Assembly (NCBI RefSeq): GCF_000142905.1
Contig: NW_013657644.1
Coordinates: 239,697-303,696 of the forward strand
Direction: 5' to 3'
Length of the DNA stretch: 64,000 bases
Source of the DNA: Thecamonas trahens ATCC 50062
Taxonomy: Eukaryota; Protista; Apusomonadida
Shown here piece by piece: positions 53,501-63,634 of the stretch. Position 1 is the first letter of the stretch; every line of letters starts with the position of its first letter. The position numbers were made by a program, and so were the translations under genes. The notes under the pieces are model-generated. The model ran no database searches and was not told where the DNA came from. It saw only the letters and a program-made list of their open reading frames with translations.

Positions 53501-54848
53501 AGAGGAAGAGAGCCTCGACGTAGAAGACAATCGGTGGCGCAGCGAGTGCGTTGGCACGAAGTGAGAGGAACTTCAGTGACGGCTGTTCGTCGACGTTCCA
53601 GTCAAGGCCGTTGATGGCATTGTTGGAGAGGTCGAGGAGCGAGAGCGAGCCGAGGCTTCCGATGCTTGCCGGAACTTGCCCCGTCAAGTTGTTCGACCGA
53701 AGAAAGAGGCCGACAAGAGCGGCGCAGTCGCCCAGCTCCGGGGGGATGGGACCGGTGAGCTTGTTGTCCGAGAAGTCAATGTGGACAGCAGAGCACGAGG
53801 GAGGAAACAGGCCATCCAGCGAGCCGGTTAGCCTGTTTGAGCTGAGCGTGAGGTTCCCGAGCGATGCGCAAAGAGCGAGGGTGAGCGATGGCGGAAGCTC
53901 GCCGTGAAGCGAGTTGTAAGAAAGATCAAAGGTGCTGAGGGAGGCATTTGCCGAGAACCTGTCCGGGATCGTTCCCGTGAGGAGGTTCATGGCAAGATCG
54001 ACGTGCGCGAGCGCTGGGTTCCCGACATACGACGGTGGAATGATGCCGGAAAAGCTGTTTGCGCGGAGTGATATGGAGGCCATGCCAGGGGTATTGGCCA
54101 GCCAGGCAGGGAGCGTTCCGCTGAGACTGTTTGCAGAGAAGTCCAGATAGCGCAGGTTCGACCAGGTGGCCGGGCGGGTAGGCGGGAGCTCGCCAACCAT
54201 ATTGACTGCCGAGACGGACAAGAAAGTAGCCCGCAAGTTGAAGAGCGCAGGCGGGATCGGGGCCGGTGCCAGGTCGAGACCCTTGAGGTAGACTTTGCTC
54301 AAGTTGGGCATGTCGGCGAGACAGTCTGGCAGCGAGCCCGTGACCAGCGGAGCGTTGATGATGCCGATGACCGACATCGGCTTGACGGCACAGATAGCGT
54401 CCGAAAAGTCCCCGACGAGGTTGTTCGAGTTGATGAACATGCCAGCGAGCGAAGAGCTGTGGTTTGAAGTGAGGAGCCATGCCCACGGCAAGCAGCCAAA
54501 GTCATCGATACGATAGCAACAGGGATTAGACTCTGGTTCTTCCCATCCATAGTTGGTATCCCAATGAAGACCACCGAGACCATGATACCACTCCAGCAGC
54601 GCAGCCTTTTCCTCCTTTGGAAGGCATTGATCATCCATGTTGCGGGTACGATCCCAGGTGAGCTCGCCCACCGGTTTCCGGACACGATTCGCAGCAAGAG
54701 CCACCTTGGCTTCAGCAAGCTCTACCGAGGGGGACGACCTCGGCATGGAAGCGCAATTGACAGAGAGAGATGCAGTAAGGAAGAGAGCGACGAGAATGAG
54801 GAGTGTGGCCGTGGTGCTCCCATGGGCGGTGGTGGAGGTGCAGGACAT
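50557..54848 (-). CDS. Large LRR, Cys-rich, multi-TM receptor-like protein; reading frame changes at about 53245
   Basis: Signal/TM segment, LRRNT-like cap, many plant-type LRRs (LxxLDLSxNxLxGxIP), CLPGYYGRLCSQCADGY, TM block with LYESFRPGAWWFE, C-terminal coiled coil. Confidence 0.85.
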
Positions 54849-54996
54849 GGCGGGCAAGTTGAGTGTGGTGTGACGCCTCGCTGAAAGAAATTGGCCCACC
54901 TGCGTGCGGCGTGAGCAGATGCGGATTGCACGCAATGTTCAATGGCTACGTGCGGAAAAGGCAAGAGAGCCTCGTGGGAGATGTTGGCCATCGCGT

Positions 54997-56258
54997 TTAT
55001 GGTCGGGGCGAGGGAATGGTTGGGCGCCATGGAACTTTCCAAGACTTGGCGAGATCGTCGCGGGCGTCAGAGGTGAAGATCTCGGCGAGCTCGTCGGTGG
55101 ACGCAAGGTAGATACGGCGGACAGCTGGGGGTGCAGCACCCGAGGCGGCGGTGGCCTTTGGGCCGACCGGAGGCGGAGGCTGGATGGGGAGTGGAATGCC
55201 GTCGGCGGAGGGGAGGGCGTGCATGGGGCGGATGGCGATGCGCTTGACGCCGCGGCGGTCGATGTCCAGCAGGCGGCCGCCGCGCTTGTACACATCGGGG
55301 CTGCGGTGGGACGACCGCGAACGAACCTGAGACATGACCTTACTCAAAACCATGTCCCAGTCAGCCTGGACGAGCTTGCGACGCTCGGCGCGGCGGAGGC
55401 CAAGCGCACGCTTGCGCTTGTGGCGCTCGATCTTGGCGATGCGACGGGCCTCGGACTCTGCCGGATCGGCATTGTTGTCAGGATCTGGCGCGCTTGCCTC
55501 ACCACGGTTGGAGCTGGAAGACGAGTCCGAGAGCCAGCCAGCGTCGCCGCTGTGCGCATTGACGCCGTCTTCGTCGTCGTCGTCATCGTCGTTGTTGACG
55601 AGCTCACCGCCGCCACCGTTTGCAGTGGAAGAGGCGGTGAGCGAGTCGGGATGAGCGTTGAGCTTTGCGCGCTCGATGGCGACTGCGCGAGCCATGAGCA
55701 TTTGCAGACGCGAGCGGCGGGCCTTTCGGTGCGAGCCTGCGGCGGTGACCGAGGCGGTGGCCGCCGACGCCAGACGCTCCTGCCGTCGGCGCATCCGCTC
55801 TGCGCGAACGTTCTTGGTGTCAAAGCCCTTGATGCCCCACTCTGCAGCCAAGCCAGAGGCAGCATCGGTAGAGGCGGCGGCCCGCTTGGCTCGACCAGGA
55901 AGGCCTGAACTTGGCGCCGAGTGGAGTGGATGGCTACCACGGATGCGCGGGTCGAGTCGCTTGAGTAAGCGATCCAGACCACGCTGATGGGCATCAACCT
56001 GAGCGATGGGTTTGTCAAGAAAACATCATCAGGAATGAGTTCAACTCCAGGCAGCGATGTCGTCTTCTTTGCCTCTGACCGTCGACTCCTCAGCGCCCTT
56101 CCTTTTGCCTCCTTCCTCGACGCAGCTGCGTTCTCCCTTGCTCGCCGCCTGGTCATCTGAGCCACCACCCTCTTCCGAGACGAAGTGTCCAACTCGGCTT
56201 CCAAGGACGCCACCAGCGAGTCCAGCGCATCCCTTCGTGGTTGACGACTTCGTTGCAT
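54997..56258 (-). CDS. Hypothetical basic/acidic protein; two ORFs joined by a probable -1 frame change at about 56014-56025
   Basis: MQRSRQPRRDALDSL...IPDDVF continues as LDKPIAQVDAHQRGLDRLLKRLDPR...AAEWGIKGF in the -1 frame. Confidence 0.55.
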
Positions 56259-56323
56259 GTGGGTGTGGGTGTAGGAAGGGGGGGGGGGATGGGTGTAGTG
56301 GGCGACCTTGTGGTTGGGCCTGG

Positions 56324-57404
56324 CAGACAGCCGACTGACCAACTGTGGACCTGTGAGCGGAACAGGATGCTGTGCCGAACCCACCGATGTCATGCACATG
56401 TGTACCCAGAGTCTCGGTAACCGACCGAGTGGTCGTTCCGCTAGCTCGATGACTTGAAAGATTTCCATACGTTTACTGCGCTGGCCATCAATGTCAGCAC
56501 ATCGTACCGATTGGTACGGTACATGAGCGCCCATCGCAAGCTCGCGCGTAGTTTCGAGATCAAGGTAATGGGCGTCGGCATTGTGGTCGGGCATCGTTAT
56601 CAGAAGATTGGGTGGGTGGCTGGCTGGGTGGCTTTCTGATCCTCTGGAGCCGATTGCGTCGATGCCATCGGAGCTCTTTGCAAAGTATGGTGCCAGCTAC
56701 TTTGCCTCACGCTGCCGGTGGCGAGTGTCAGTGAGTGGCAGCAGACGCGGCGGCGACACTGGCTATCGTTGTACTCTGTCCACCGCTGCCGACCATACGG
56801 TACACCTCACTCTACGGACACACACACACACACACACGAGTACCTGAAGGCATGAAATCGATTCAGAATAGGCCCAGACAGCCGACTGACCAACTGTGGA
56901 CCTGTGAGCGGAACAGGATGCTGTGCCGAACCCACCGATGTCATGCACATGTGTACCCAGAGTCTCGGTAACCGACCGAGTGGTCGTTCCGCTAGCTCGA
57001 TGACTTGAAAGATTTCCATACGTTTACTGCGCTGGCCATCAATGTCAGCACATCGTACCGATTGGTACGGTACATGAGCGCCCATCGCAAGCTCGCGCGT
57101 AGTTTCGAGATCAAGGTAATGGGCGTCGGCATTGTGGTCGGGCATCGTTATCAGAAGATTGGGTGGGTGGCTGGCTGGGTGGCTTTCTGATCCTCTGGAG
57201 CCGATTGCGTCGATGCCATCGGAGCTCTTTGCAAAGTATGGTGCCAGCTACTTTGCCTCACGCTGCCGGTGGCGAGTGTCAGTGAGTGGCAGCAGACGCG
57301 GCGACGACACTGGCTATCGTTGTACTCTGTCCACCGCTGCCGACCATACGGTACACCTCACTCTACGGACACACACACACACACACACCGAGTACCTGAA
57401 GGCA
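56324..57404. repeat. Near-perfect direct tandem duplication, period about 551 bp, each copy ending in a (CA)n tract
   Basis: cagacagccgactgaccaactgtgg...gagtacctgaaggcat occurs at about 56324-56852 and 56875-57404. The copies differ by at least one substitution (cggcgacact vs cgacgacact) and in (CA)n length. Confidence 0.95.
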
Positions 57405-57473
57405 TTGTTGCGTTGCTTGTGTGCTTAGTATCTGTCTTGCGTGGTCGCTGCTCGGTTGTGACTGCTGGGTGAC

Positions 57474-58802
57474 ATGGCTCGTGGACGGACGGGACGGAGC
57501 AGGGGACGAGGAGGAGCAGATAGTGGCAGTGCTGGTGGTAGCAGTACTGGTGGCAATGATGGAGGATCTGGGGCGAGGGCAAACAAGAAGGGCAGCGGAA
57601 AGGGTGGGCAAGGCAAGGGCAAGAGCAAGGCGGCTGGTTCGGGCGAGTCGGCCTTTGCGCCCGAGCCGACCTTGTGCTGCTTCCACGACAAGGCGGCAAA
57701 GGTGGAGATCGATGCGCTGGTGGCAACGCCGTGCATGCAAATCATGGTGTCGGGTGGTACAGATGGAACGTTGGCTATGTGGCTCCCGTTTGAGGTACTG
57801 GCGGAGGGCAAGGCCATTTCGATGAAGGCTCGTAAGGAGCATGGTATGTCGCTGGCGTACTCGGCCGTGCCTGAGGTCTGCTGGGCGTTCAAAAAGGAGC
57901 GGATCACCACCGGACTCTCACGGATGACGGTCAAAGCTGTCCGCGACGCAGCCCGGGGCACGGAAGCCGTTTCGGCACTCGCGCTCCACCCGGAGGCGGC
58001 GTGGATTGCGGCCGGTGGCGCCGACGGGTCTTTGGCGGTGCATGGCGTCCGCGGAGCGCCCGGCGCGCTGCTCGCCACGCTAGACGAGCATCGCGGGCGG
58101 GTCAACGGCCTTGCGCTGGTGGGTGATAGCAGTGAGACGGCACTTGTCTCTGTGGGGGCTGACGGCCTTGCGCGGGTGTACGACCTGAGCCACGGCGCGC
58201 CGAGCGTCGAGGTGGATCTCGCGACGCCACTGACTGCAGTGGCGGCGCTGGAGTCAGGGCTTGGACCGCGGGTGGCGCTCACCGACTTTGTGGGCACAAC
58301 CCGGGTGTGGGATGTTCGGACGAGCATCGATGAGGCGCTCGAGCTGCAGTCGCGGCTGTCAACGCCGGCGCTGTCGGTGGCGGTCGAGGGCGACGCTGTG
58401 TACGTCGGGCACCGCGAGCACCAGGGCTGGGCACACGTCATTGTCCACGACGTGACGGCTGGCAAGCTGCGGGCGGACATCAAAATGGAGTTTGGCTCGG
58501 GGCCCGCGCTGAGCATTGCGCCGATTCCACCCGGTGACTGGGCGGCTGGCCACATCATGGTCGGTTGCTCGAGCGGCGTCCACAAGTACGACGCCAGAAG
58601 CGCAAGCAGCAGGGAGACCCGGTTTGCCGGCTGTGTGGCTGGGCCGGAGACCCCGATTGCCGCCATTGTCACTGCTGTCGACCAGCCGCTGGTGGCCACT
58701 GCCGGCGGCTCGCGCGGCATGGTCATTCCCTCGGCAAGCAATGAGCTGTTTGTGTACACCGTTCCATCGCGGGGTGGTTCTGCTGCCTCACGTTCAAGCT
58801 GA
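57474..58802 (+). CDS. WD40-repeat protein
   Basis: Repeats SGGTDGTLAMW, AAGGADGSLAVH, EHRGRVNGL...SVGADGLARVYD and GTTRVWD. Confidence 0.8.
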   Translation: MARGRTGRSRGRGGADSGSAGGSSTGGNDGGSGARANKKGSGKGGQGKGKSKAAGSGESAFAPEPTLCCFHDKAAKVEIDALVATPCMQIMVSGGTDGTLAMWLPFEVLAEGKAISMKARKEHGMSLAYSAVPEVCWAFKKERITTGLSRMTVKAVRDAARGTEAVSALALHPEAAWIAAGGADGSLAVHGVRGAPGALLATLDEHRGRVNGLALVGDSSETALVSVGADGLARVYDLSHGAPSVEVDLATPLTAVAALESGLGPRVALTDFVGTTRVWDVRTSIDEALELQSRLSTPALSVAVEGDAVYVGHREHQGWAHVIVHDVTAGKLRADIKMEFGSGPALSIAPIPPGDWAAGHIMVGCSSGVHKYDARSASSRETRFAGCVAGPETPIAAIVTAVDQPLVATAGGSRGMVIPSASNELFVYTVPSRGGSAASRSS

Positions 58803-58968
58803 TGCTGATGCTGATTGTAAATGTCGACGATGGCAGTTGGGGGGGGGGGGGGGGGGGGGGGGAGCATTGGCCTCGTCCGGTGACACTGCTCTGCTTGCGT
58901 TTGAAGGGGAGACTGGCGGCAGCGGGAGCAGGAGGAATAGTGGCTCGGAGCGAGGGCTGAGGACGGGT

Positions 58969-59853
58969 ATGGGGGAGATAGGAGGTCGACACGGGGGGAA
59001 GCGGCGTATACGACTGGCGGTTCTGGCTGGGGTGGTGGCGGCACTGGCAGTGGTCCTGGCGCTGTACGCACCGCGGCCGATGCACCGGCCGGCGCTGTTG
59101 GGCAGACTACATCATCCGGTGCCACGGCTGGCTGGCGCAAGTGAGCTGGTGGTGGTGGCTGGCCACACAGTGTTTGCCGGTGCGTCGTTTGTTGGGGCCA
59201 TGGACTCACCCGATGGCTGGCTTCTCCAGCCTTATCAAGTGGCTCAGATCGATGCCATCCTCGACCACATCCGGACAGGCGTGGCCATTGCCGCAGCCAA
59301 TCCAGAGGCGGTACTGGTCTTTACAGGCGGCGCAACGCATGCCGAGGTCCAGCGATCAGAAGCCGAGTCGTACCTGCATGCGGCAGACGCGGCAGATTGG
59401 TTCGGCGAGCCAGAGGTGGCGCGGCGGACGGTGACCGAGAACGCCGCGCGCGACTCGCTGGAGAACCTGCTGTTCTCGATCTGTCGATTTCGCGAGGTGA
59501 CGGGGCGGCTCCCGGCACGGATTACCGTCGTGTCGTTTGAGTTTAAGCGCAATCGCTTCACCAACGTCCATCGCGCCGCACTCGGCTTCCCGGCCGAGTG
59601 CTTCTCGTTTGTTGGCAACCACGTCGCGGATGATGCCAGCGCCGACCTCGACGCCCACACCCGCACCGCTTTTAGCGCTGATCCATTTGGTTGCGGCGCG
59701 CCGCTGGCCGCCAAGAAGCAGGCCCGTAACCCGTTTGCTACCTCGATCGGCTACCCGATGGGTTGTCCGGAGCTCTCGGCACTCTTTGAATGCGAGCTTG
59801 TGGATGCGACGCTGCTGCCGTGGGGCGATGGTGGCTGGTGCAGTGGCAATTGA
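58969..59853 (+). CDS. DUF218-like Rossmann-fold protein (yeast YOR238W-like) with N-terminal TM anchor
   Basis: Motifs LVVVAGH, LVFTGGAT, SEAESY, ARDSLENLLFSICRFRE, ITVVSFEFKRNRF and DPFGC...KKQARNPF. Confidence 0.8.
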   Translation: MGEIGGRHGGKRRIRLAVLAGVVAALAVVLALYAPRPMHRPALLGRLHHPVPRLAGASELVVVAGHTVFAGASFVGAMDSPDGWLLQPYQVAQIDAILDHIRTGVAIAAANPEAVLVFTGGATHAEVQRSEAESYLHAADAADWFGEPEVARRTVTENAARDSLENLLFSICRFREVTGRLPARITVVSFEFKRNRFTNVHRAALGFPAECFSFVGNHVADDASADLDAHTRTAFSADPFGCGAPLAAKKQARNPFATSIGYPMGCPELSALFECELVDATLLPWGDGGWCSGN

Positions 59854-60425
59854 ACCCTGTTCCGACAATGAAGTCGGGTGGAACCGGCTGCGTGGCCTCT
59901 GGCAGTGCGAGTTGCGCGTCATGTCCGCGCGTCATGCCGCGCGTCATGTTGTCGCTAAAAACCAGCGGCGCGTTGGCGTAGGCAATGAATCCGGCGGAGC
60001 GGACGACACAAATTTTAAAAGAACAAAAACCTGGGCGCACGCGCCGACATCGGGTCAACGTTCGTATCTTCGGCAACGCTTCTCTCGCCTTTGCAGGCAG
60101 GGTAAGTGACGGCCTTGTACGGAAAGTGGTGCAGGTTTCTTCAGCAAGGAGTCACAAAGACGACAACCACCCAAGCACGTGTGTGACATTGTGCTCCATC
60201 CATCTACCTCTTTGTCGACATCGTGTTGCTGACGCTGAGGCTTTCCTTTCGCTCCGCGTCTCGGCTGCCTTTGTTCCGCTCGTGACGTCGGTGGTCGTCG
60301 ACTGACACGTGGACCGCATCAAATTGGGCCATTCATTCGGTGGCGCTACGTTTTTTTTTCTTGTGCTTCTTCTTTCTCGAAGAGACATCACCACCGGCTA
60401 CGGCTCTGGTTGCAGCGTGTGGCTG

Positions 60426-62030
60426 ATGACAGAGGCATCGTCGGCGCAGTCGCTCTCGGTGAGCAGCTCGCGGTACGCCAGCGAGTATGATGAGCTCGGC
60501 CAGCTCGGGTTTGGAGGCTTTGGCTCGGTGTTTCGGGTTCGCGCGCGGCTGGACGGGCACCTGTATGCGGTGAAAAAGGTGGTGCTCCCGCCCAACGCCT
60601 CGCCACTGCCGGCGCGTGAGCGGAAGGAAGTACAGCTCCTTGCGCGGATCTCGAATCATCCGCACATTGTGCGCTACTTTTCGTCGTGGGTGGAGCGGGT
60701 GCTCCGGGCTGACGTCATGTGCGACGAGGACGACGAGTCGGGACTCGGCGAGTCGTGGTCGATGATCTCGCTGGCGTCGTCTGACTCGATCGGCGGGACC
60801 GCACGCGGGCTTTTCTTTCTCGACGAACACAGCAGCGAGAGTGGAGGGGATGATGACGGCAGCAATGCGCCGGTCGTGGAGGCGCGGGTGGGCGGCGAGG
60901 AAGTCGACGTGCTGTTTGTGCAGATGGAGCTGTGCTCGGACCTGACGCTCCGTGAGTGGCTGGACGATCCGGACCGGAGCGTGGACCGCGAGGTGAACCT
61001 GCGGATCCTGTCGCAGCTGCTTGCGGCACTGCAGCATGTGCACGCCTTTAACGTTGTTCATCGCGACATCAAGCCGGCCAACGTGTTCCTCGAGTCAAAC
61101 ACGGTTGTCAAGCTCGGCGACTTTGGCCTTGCGACGTCGATCTTTGAGCAGTGTGGGGTGCCGCCGCCGGCAGAGGCGAGCTCGGCAGGAGGCGGCGAGG
61201 CTGCATCGATGGGTCTGCTGAGGATCCCGAGTGCAGCAGCGCCTGGAGGTGGGTTGGGCACAGCGCGATCGATCCCGTCGGATGTGTCTGAGGCTGGCAA
61301 CCTGACGCAGGGTCTCGGATCGACGTTGTACGCAGCGCCGGAGCAGGTCGATGGTGACGGGCGGTACGGAACCGGTGCCGACATGTTTTCGGTCGGCCTT
61401 GTGATGGTCGAGATGTTCCTCCCGCCGTTTACCACGATGATGGAGCGGGTGCGGACGCTCGAGGCGGCACGCGCAGGCCACCTCGATCCGCAGATCTACT
61501 CAGCGTACCCGCAGGTGGCAGACCTCATTGCGTCCCTGCTTGTGGTGGACAGCGAGCGGCCGACGGCGGCGGCGCTGCTGCGGCACCCGGTGTTTGAGCC
61601 TGTGTGGGTCGGGTCGGCGACCGGCTCGGACATGGCATCGTACTCGCCGACCTCGTGGCACTGGGGCACGCCGCCGGCATCGCCTATGGGCGGCAGCAAA
61701 GCCGGGCGGGCACGGGCACACTCGGGTTTTGACGGCCCTTGGGAGCTGAGCGCCGAAGGCGGCGACGACCCCGGCAGCTCACCGGCCCGCGGCGCGTCGC
61801 CGCTCCTACGCGTCGCACCGCCGCCGAGCCCCTCGGGCTCACCGCCGTTTGCGCTCACCCCGCCGCCGTGTCATGGGTGCAGCCAGCGCGAGACAGGCAT
61901 GGAAAAGCTGTCGACCAAGCTGCAGGCGTCGGAGGCGCGGGTGGCGCAGCTCGAGGCCTACATCCGCTCGCTCGGGGCGGTACCGCCGCTGGCGCCCGCG
62001 CCGTCGTCGCTACCGCGAACCTGGTCATGA
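60426..62030 (+). CDS. eIF2-alpha kinase family Ser/Thr kinase (HRI/PERK-like catalytic domain)
   Basis: SRYASEYDELGQLGFGGFGSVF, LDGHLYAVKK, HPHIVRYFSSWVE, acidic kinase insert, LFVQMELC, HRDIKPAN, LGDFGLA, YAAPEQ, FTTMMER. Confidence 0.9.
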   Translation: MTEASSAQSLSVSSSRYASEYDELGQLGFGGFGSVFRVRARLDGHLYAVKKVVLPPNASPLPARERKEVQLLARISNHPHIVRYFSSWVERVLRADVMCDEDDESGLGESWSMISLASSDSIGGTARGLFFLDEHSSESGGDDDGSNAPVVEARVGGEEVDVLFVQMELCSDLTLREWLDDPDRSVDREVNLRILSQLLAALQHVHAFNVVHRDIKPANVFLESNTVVKLGDFGLATSIFEQCGVPPPAEASSAGGGEAASMGLLRIPSAAAPGGGLGTARSIPSDVSEAGNLTQGLGSTLYAAPEQVDGDGRYGTGADMFSVGLVMVEMFLPPFTTMMERVRTLEAARAGHLDPQIYSAYPQVADLIASLLVVDSERPTAAALLRHPVFEPVWVGSATGSDMASYSPTSWHWGTPPASPMGGSKAGRARAHSGFDGPWELSAEGGDDPGSSPARGASPLLRVAPPPSPSGSPPFALTPPPCHGCSQRETGMEKLSTKLQASEARVAQLEAYIRSLGAVPPLAPAPSSLPRTWS

Positions 62031-62490
62031 CGGCCACGTCGCGCTGGACATGTTCGGCTCTTCAACAAACAGCATCTCAAACTCGCCCGTCCGCTCTAGC
62101 TTTCCCCTCTTGCCGCAGTACAGGATGAGATGACCAGCGTGGAGCTCGGTGTATCCGCCACGGAGGCTGAAGATCTCCCCGGGCTCCAGCATGCTCCCGA
62201 CGTCATCCCACACCGCAAACGTGACAGAACCGGTGGCATCAGCCACCTTGAACGTCGTCACCTTTGCGCCCGACTTGATCGTCCGCACTCCTGTGTGACA
62301 TTGTGGGTGAGCAGGACAGTTGTGAGTGTGTGTATGTGGAGCTGGCCGCCTGACCCGCGCGCCCTCCCGCCACCGACCCACCGACCAGCACAGGCATACC
62401 GAGCTTGTCGAGCACCACAAATGCAGTGTTGACGACCCTCAGCTCGGGAGTGAGCTCAGCAATGGAGGCATCAACCCCTGTCTGGGCCAT
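62025..62490 (-). CDS. NABP: SOSS complex subunit B (NABP/hSSB1-type OB-fold ssDNA-binding protein); exons 62400-62490 and 62025-62290
   Basis: Spliced protein ...NTAFVVLDKL|GVRTIKSG...KVADATGSVTFAVWD...LEPGEI...LYCGKRGKLERTGEFEMLFVEEPNMS. Intron gtatgc...acag. Confidence 0.9.
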
Positions 62491-62727
62491 GGCAGGATCC
62501 TCGTCGAGATGAGTGTGGTCGTCACGACCAGATTGGGGGGGGGGGGGGGGGGGCAACCGACTCGTCCGCCTTGCCGACTTGCCCTGGCCTCAGCCCACGC
62601 CACTCCACTCACCACCACCACACCACCACCACCACCACCACCACCACTACACCACTACACCACACACACACACACATACACACAGACCACAGACCACACA
62701 CATTCCACAAACTCCATAGACGGTGAC

Positions 62728-63634
62728 ATGTCTGGAACACCATCCGCAAACCGTCGCACGCGGTCGTTGAAGGGTCGCCGTCGGGTCGCCACGCCCACCT
62801 CCAACCGCCAGGCCGTCAAGTTCCTGACCCAGAGGTAAGTGATGGACCTGGGAAGGAAGGAGGGGGGGGGAAGGGAGGGGAGGGGAGGGGAGGGGAGGGG
62901 AGGGGAGGGGAGATAGACTCATGCAGAAGGAACGGTTGGGAATCGATCGGGATCGGATGGTTGGGCTTGGGTTGTGGTGGATTGCGCGGTGTGTGTGGCT
63001 GGTGTCTGACGGGCGGATGGGGATGGGCTGGGTTGGGCGACTGGGGCTTGCGGGCGAGGGATTGTGTACTGGTGGTGGTGGTGGTGGTGGTATTGCTGCT
63101 TTGGTTGAATTCTGGTCGAAATCAATGCCCTCGTCTTCGGCGCTGTTGCTGTTGCTGGGCCATCGTCGCAGGGCCAAGGAGCGGGAGGCACGGAGGGAGG
63201 CCAAGCTGGCACAGCTGGATCACGAGCAAAGGGAGCTGGACTTTCAGTATGTGCAAAAGGTGAAAGAAGCCAACGATATGTTGTTGACGCTGGCACCGAC
63301 CAAGCAGTATCGGGTGTTCAAGGCTCATGCGCGGGCCGAGCTGCGCATCCACTTGTACCAGAAGGACGACCTGCTGAAGGACCTTTCCATCGACCGTTTC
63401 CGGCGCGAGTACAAGCGGCTGCTGGTAGAGATCGAGCGCCGCGAGTCGCAGGCTCGCATGGGTCTCTCTGCTCGCTCGCGCGCAGAGACGGCCAAGCAGC
63501 GGCGGCAGGCCACCCGGCAGGAGATGCAGTCTGTCCTTCTCGACACCACCCGGCTCATCGGCCGACTCCGCGATCAGCTCGAGGAGCTCGAGTCCAAGGG
63601 CGGGTCCTTCTCGCCCTACATCGAGCGCCGTTAG
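62728..63634 (+). CDS. Hypothetical coiled-coil protein; exons 62728-62834 and 63172-63634
   Basis: Donor AG|gtaagt and acceptor cgcag|G join in frame. Charged helical sequence. Confidence 0.65.
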
